Positions 60,989 through 64,000 of a DNA stretch of 64,000 bases are shown one piece after another. A program made the position numbers and the translations under genes. The stretch is from Squalus acanthias (lineage: Eukaryota), in NCBI GenBank assembly GCA_030390025.1, contig CM059431.1, positions 119,848,001-119,912,000 on the forward strand, given 5' to 3'. How positions within the stretch are numbered: the stretch's first letter is position 1; each line of letters begins with the position of its first letter. The notes under the pieces were generated by a model. The model searched no databases. It was given only the letters and a program-made list of their open reading frames with translations, and was not told the DNA's origin.

Positions 60989-62640
60989 AGCCACGATTTT
61001 GCCCGCGCTCAGAGGGCGGGTTTGGAGGCGGGTCAGAGGTTAAATTCGATTTGATTGACGGCGGGTTCCGAATCCACCGTCAACCCGCCTCCAAACAGCT
61101 TTCCCAAGTGTCGGGTCCCCAATTTGCGAATGGACCTGGCACCTAGCGGCGGGAAGCGGATTAAAGGCAATTACCTGCCTATTAACAGGTACTTGTCAGT
61201 AGTTTCCAGCCTGTTTTTGGATTTTCCCGCTTCTGGAACGGGTTTCCCGATGTCCGGACACCACGCCAGGTAAGTGTGGCGTGTTGTGAGTCTGCTGTAA
61301 TGTTTGTGGAATGATGGCAGCTGCAGAAGCGGTGTGAAGGATGCAATGTTGCACATGGTGAGTTTCAGAGCAAAGAAAATGTTGGTTACTGCATTTTTAA
61401 AACATTTACAGATTTTTTTAGCTTACAAGTTTTTAAATCCAACTATATGTCCAGTGCCACCTCACTGGGAGAAACTCTCTCACCAGTGAGAGATCGCTTC
61501 TGTCACCTCACCTGCAGCTGCCATCTATTCCAGCATATGGAGAGAGTCATTGGAGAGCCTGGGTGCAAGAGGTCACCTTTGTGCAGTGATTGTCAGTATT
61601 TTCAGCACCTCAATGCTGTCAAACACTGAGATATCAGCTATCAAAAAAAATTGTGCGTGGTCCCTTTAAGAAAACTGGCAGCTAACGTGTCATCAAATGA
61701 CGTCATCTGACCGGCTTCCTCTTAATTGGCTGGCAAGCCCTCAGGGTGGGCTTAACAAGGTCAATCAACGTAAAATCACGTCTGTGGGCCGGATGCAGTT
61801 GGGGGCAGGACTGGAAGCTGGAAACCACCTGACCCGCACCCAACCCTGCCTCCAATGAAAACATCGCGGCCTTAGAAACAAATGATAGTTTGTTGATTAT
61901 GCACCTGTTGTATGTTTTGCTTTGTGTTCTATAAACTACAGAAAGTATATTAAGCTGAGGGAGGAAGAGACTGGGATTAGGTAGAGTCATATATTTCTTC
62001 ATTTCAGTGTTTGTTCAATTTATTTTTTTTAAGTTTAATTTTGAAGCCAACCAATTAACTTACTTGTGTTTTTTTGGCACTTATCATAAATCATCACACT
62101 CTTCTCTGCCACAAAGCTTCACATGCCTAGGCATTACTATTGTATTGGCAAGGACAGTAGCATTACAGGACTCTGGCAGGTGTTGACAGAGGAGCAGATG
62201 GGCCTGAAAAAAATATGAATCTGAAAGAAATATTTGGATATTTATAAGTGCAATTATTTGAACTGCAAATTTATCTTTTTAGTAAAAATTTTAAGCAGTG
62301 ATTATGTAGAGTATCCCAATAAATATTATGTTGAAACTGTCCTTATCTATGCTATGATAATATATTTGAATAATCCATTTAATAAATACTGTATATATTA
62401 TAATGAACCTGCTTGATGATGATGTGCGTGGTCCCTTTAAGAAAACCGGCAGATGGCACGTCATCAAATGATGTCATCAGACCCGCTTCCTGTTAATTGG
62501 CCGGCAAGCCCGCAGGATGGTCATAACAAGGTCAATCAAGGTAAAATCACGTCTGTGGAGCAGAGGCAGCTGGGGGCGGGACTGGAAGCCGGAAACCAGC
62601 TGTCCCGCACCCATCCAACACCGATGACAAAATGGCAGCC
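60989..62640. mobile_element. Harbinger-type MITE (44775 family) containing a 770-bp copied insert
   Basis: Flanks ACC/ATC (TSD, one mismatch). The right end is present twice (61653-61871 and 62424-62640). Confidence 0.85.
61653..62423 (+). repeat. Recipient copy of the 770-bp duplication
   Basis: Near-identical to 45431-46199. Confidence 0.95.
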
Positions 62641-63004
62641 ATCTTCTCTACATCTACCCTATCAAACGCCTTCAAAATTTTAAAGACCTCTATTAGGTCA
62701 TGAATCTTTGATGCCATCAGATCCTTCCAAGCCAGCTTGGCCAGTATGTCATGCATACCTGAATCAAGGAACTGACTACCGTTATATTTTCCATGGGCAA
62801 CACCTTCCTAATTTTTCTGATGGAAAAGTGACATCAGCTGGACAGGGCACATAGCTTGCACTGGATGACAGAAATCCCTCAAGTACAAAGAGTTACACAT
62901 GGTAGACCTGTGAGCACTGGGGCTTTCAAGTATATTGCTATACCATGAAATGAAAGGGTTTGCACTTCATTAATGTGCAGGTGGTAACTAATCACAGAAA
63001 TATC

Positions 63005-64000
63005 AGCCGGAATTTTACCAGCGCTCAGAGTGCGGGCTTGAGGGGGGTCTGCTGTCAAAATCACAAAGATTGACAGCGGGTCACTATCCCACTGTAAACC
63101 CGCCTCCTTGTCAGTTTCCCAAGTGTCGGGTCTGACATCCCTGAACAGACCCAACACCAAGCAGTGGGTCAGCCAATTTAGATACTTAAAAGCTTGTTAA
63201 AAGGTAGTTAAGAAGCATTTTCCCATGAACTTACCATTTTACCAGGTTTTTAACAAGGTTCCTGGAGAGCGGATATCACGCCAGGTATGTAGGTTGGGTG
63301 TTGTGTCGGCATGGAATGATTTACTAACCTGGCAGCTGCAAATGGTCTATGAAAGCTCCCATTTCATAGGCCTTCACTTTCCAAGATAAGAAGCTGTTGC
63401 TTACTGCATTTGAAAGACAGATTGAGCTTTATGCAGGTTGCAAGTGTTTGGAGCAAACACTCTATCCAGTGTCACCTCATTGGAACAATCTCTCTCACCA
63501 TTGACAGATCGCTTCTGTCATCTCATCTTCACCTGCCATCTATTACATCCGCATCGGTGCCCTTGAAAAAATCTCACCTTGGTCCTCAGAATCCCAACAT
63601 GATCAGCCCCAACATCAGCATCACCGGGCACACCAGCAACACCAACATCACCAACAACAATACCAACCTTCTCCGCAATCAACTGATGCTGCACAGGACA
63701 CAGGGTATCTTCACCCGAGAACATTGCTGTTCGGGACGCCAGGGATGGCCTCAACATGTCCAGATTTACTTCATTTAACACTGTACATCCTGGCTGCCAC
63801 ATGATGCACCAGGTTGGCATTACCCCAAGCATCCCTACAATGTCCAAGCCATTCCTTTCACACACATCACCAATGTGGGGGTTGGGGGGGGGGTGGGAGG
63901 GGGAACCGTTATGCCTCACCATTCACTGGAACTCACTAAGACACTTCCAAAGGTGCACACAAATCTGTCCAAGAAGGCAAAGTTTTAAAAATAAAGATTT
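63005..64000. mobile_element. Non-autonomous Harbinger element of the 13501 family, inverted, running off the window
   Basis: GCCGGAATTTT terminus and inverted homology to about 14310-15297. Confidence 0.85.

Larger units (their letters stand above)
60672..62700 (-). mobile_element. CR1 3' fragment (60672-60988 plus 62641-62700) split by a MITE
   Basis: The minus strand reads DLIEVFKILKAFDRVDVEKM, continuing across the insertion into a CR1-type 3' end. Confidence 0.7.

Noticed and set aside
1..64000. CRISPR arrays, rRNA or tRNA genes, prokaryotic operons
   Set aside because: None seen. The tRNA-like segments are SINE/LINE heads or a PBS, and the tandem repeats lack unique spacers.

Overview
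This is eukaryotic, repeat-dominated genomic DNA, most likely from a cartilaginous fish (inferred from HE1/V-SINE-like and Deu-domain SINEs and CR1 tails of (TTTCTATG)n). I could not identify any host gene. The window contains: many PIF/Harbinger DNA transposons and MITEs (GGGC...GCCC-type TIRs, 3-bp TSDs), including one near-complete element with a broken transposase and a nearly intact three-exon Myb/SANT gene; two LTR families, including three solo LTRs and one pol-less Gypsy-like element; CR1 and L2 LINEs; a Penelope-like element; and several SINEs. Most notable observations: (1) a young Gypsy-like element whose gag stop (UGA-CUAG, a known readthrough context) is followed in frame by a Gag-like tandem coiled-coil ORF instead of Pol; (2) a 770-bp segment copied from one MITE and its unique flank into a homologous MITE 16 kb away; (3) an ORF1-less LINE with a tRNA-like Pol III head, plus a short SINE sharing its two ends; (4) a multi-level nested TE stack whose order can be read from TSDs. 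Family names come from motif recognition, not database searches, and identities were counted by eye.
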